DNA from: Setoptus koraiensis
Taxonomy: Eukaryota > Animalia > Arthropoda
Length of the DNA stretch: 64,000 nucleotides
Direction of reading: 5' to 3'
NCBI GenBank assembly: GCA_048013815.1
Contig: CM106586.1
Span: forward strand, 12,090,001-12,154,000
How positions within the stretch are numbered: position 1 is the first letter of the stretch; each line of letters starts with the position of its first letter. Of this stretch, positions 62,568-64,000 are shown piece after piece. The notes beneath the pieces are model-generated. The model searched no databases. It was not told where the DNA came from and saw only the letters and a list, made by a program, of their open reading frames with translations. The position numbers were made by a program, and so were the translations under genes.

Positions 62568-63169
62568 TTTATAGATTAGGCGTCAACAGAGGTTCCAACA
62601 ATAAAATAGCTAACTAAGTCGATCGAATGACGAATTGATTTGATATTGGTAGTAATGTGAGAAATTTATTATAACTGATGTCAATTCTGAAATATGCCAC
62701 TAATAATGAAAACATGCCAACACGTTTGAGAATAATAATGATAATATATTCGATAGGACATCAACGCTGATAGGAGTCAGATTGTTTTGAGCAGTAGATT
62801 TTCATGATCAAATAAACAATTGTGTACATTTCATGTGTCATAATAACAATCATGTTCGTCGAAAGCTAAAATAAGCTATGGTGACGAAATAAGCGATCAC
62901 CTGATTACTCATTGATTGAGATATTCTTGTGTAAATATACCTGACTAGGAAAAAATTTCGATATCCTCGGCGCGAATTCCAAACAACTACAGGGGAGATT
63001 CATGAATAGTTCATACGTGACTAGCAAGTGGGTATATTCATATTGAATCATAAAGCCTTTTGAATATTCCGCTCAGAACGGTCAGAATTTTTCGAAAATT
63101 TTCATTAGTTGATTTTACAGCGATTGATTTATCAAGCTCTAAACAATCAATATACATATCAGTGTCAAA

Positions 63170-63672
63170 ATGATCAATATTAGTACAAATACCCAGATAG
63201 GCCTGGGTTTGACGGGTTTCGGTCTCACGTTCATATGTCTGGGTATCCTGTTGATGTTTGATAAGGGACTCTTGGCCATAGGAAATGTGAGTAAATTTTC
63301 TTCTCAGCATATCTGATCTTTCGACTTCGTGAATCTTTGAGCGTAATACTAATCAAAACACCTCACATCAAATATTACACAATATTGCCTAAACTCAACA
63401 TCTCTTTTTAGATTTTGTTCATCGTTGGACTAGTTTTTATAATTGGATTCTGGAAGGCATTTAATTTTTTCTTCCAATGGCAAAAATTGAAGGGGTCTAC
63501 AGCCTTCTTCTTAGGAATGCTTATAGTTATTGCCGGACATCCTGTGATAGGAATTCTTATTGAGGCTTGTGGCTTCTATTTACTATTCAGAGCCTTCATT
63601 CCTACTGTCTTTGATTATTTGAAAAGGCTACTACCCTTTTGGGGCTCCATAAAAAATCGATCAATTGTTTAG
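63170..63672 (+). CDS. GOLT1B: Vesicle transport protein GOT1, 2 exons (63170-63286, 63412-63672), 125 aa
   Basis: [31 protein letters not shown]|[12 protein letters not shown]...[17 protein letters not shown]...[15 protein letters not shown]. The intron sits at the LLAIGN junction. Confidence 0.93.
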
Positions 63673-63732
63673 CAACATGATGCTCAAACATAGTAATATA
63701 TAAAGATATTATTTTTACAAACGAATAATTGA

Positions 63733-64000
63733 TTACTTTTGAATAGATATTTTATTTTGAGCCATAAACGCCTGTATTTCTTTTCCTTTTTCAGTCATTT
63801 CTTTGAGTGTGTTCTCCATCATCTTCTCTAATGATTCGCGATTTTGATCGAGGGCAGGTATCACATCCTTGACTTTCTTCTCAATCAAGACACCTCCCTG
63901 TGATCTGAAACATTTGCGTTCTCCGTCGACCTGGAGAAGAGCCTCTTTAACTAGCTTGTTTTCGGCGACATCACTCTCCAGCATGGCTAATCTGTTTGCG
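63733..64000 (-). CDS. PFDN2: Prefoldin subunit 2, 5'-partial (continues beyond window)
   Basis: LESDVAENKLVKEALLQVDGERKCFRSQGGVLIEKKVKDVIPAL matches prefoldin beta subunit 2. Confidence 0.9.
   Translation of the reverse strand, partial: ANRLAMLESDVAENKLVKEALLQVDGERKCFRSQGGVLIEKKVKDVIPALDQNRESLEKMMENTLKEMTEKGKEIQAFMAQNKISIQK

Overview
Eukaryotic (animal) genomic DNA; most short entries in the ORF track are microsatellite or satellite artefacts and real genes need splicing. Intron-poor, tightly packed housekeeping genes plus heavy (CAA)n low complexity suggest a small arthropod, possibly a mite (inference only). Three zones. (1) 1-11.6 kb is a nest of mobile DNA. It holds a truncated hAT-like transposase, two copies of a Helentron/DINE-1-like non-autonomous element with TCGA-rich internal tandem arrays, two MITEs and a long foldback element. 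It also holds a decayed Ulp1/SUMO-protease ORF and a chromodomain ORF. Between the two Helentron-like copies lies a ~4.8 kb virus-like cassette of intronless orphan ORFs: one reassembles in frame after removing a MITE and one resembles a degenerate dsRNA-binding domain. The cassette also has a branched hairpin and iterated palindromes. (2) 11.8-38.8 kb holds spliced PGAM5 and a CIB-family gene inside ~24 kb of low-complexity DNA. This DNA contains a colinear diverged duplication flanking CIB and dense TTAYGTAA and ACAGGTG motifs. (3) 38.8-64 kb holds ninein/Bsg25D-like, VPS11, AdipoR, USP37-like, a minimal KIF14-like kinesin, PSMD14/Rpn11 overlapping STAM tail-to-tail, GOT1 and partial prefoldin 2. 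I found no rRNA, tRNA or CRISPR array. All alignments and counts were done by eye; no database search was run.
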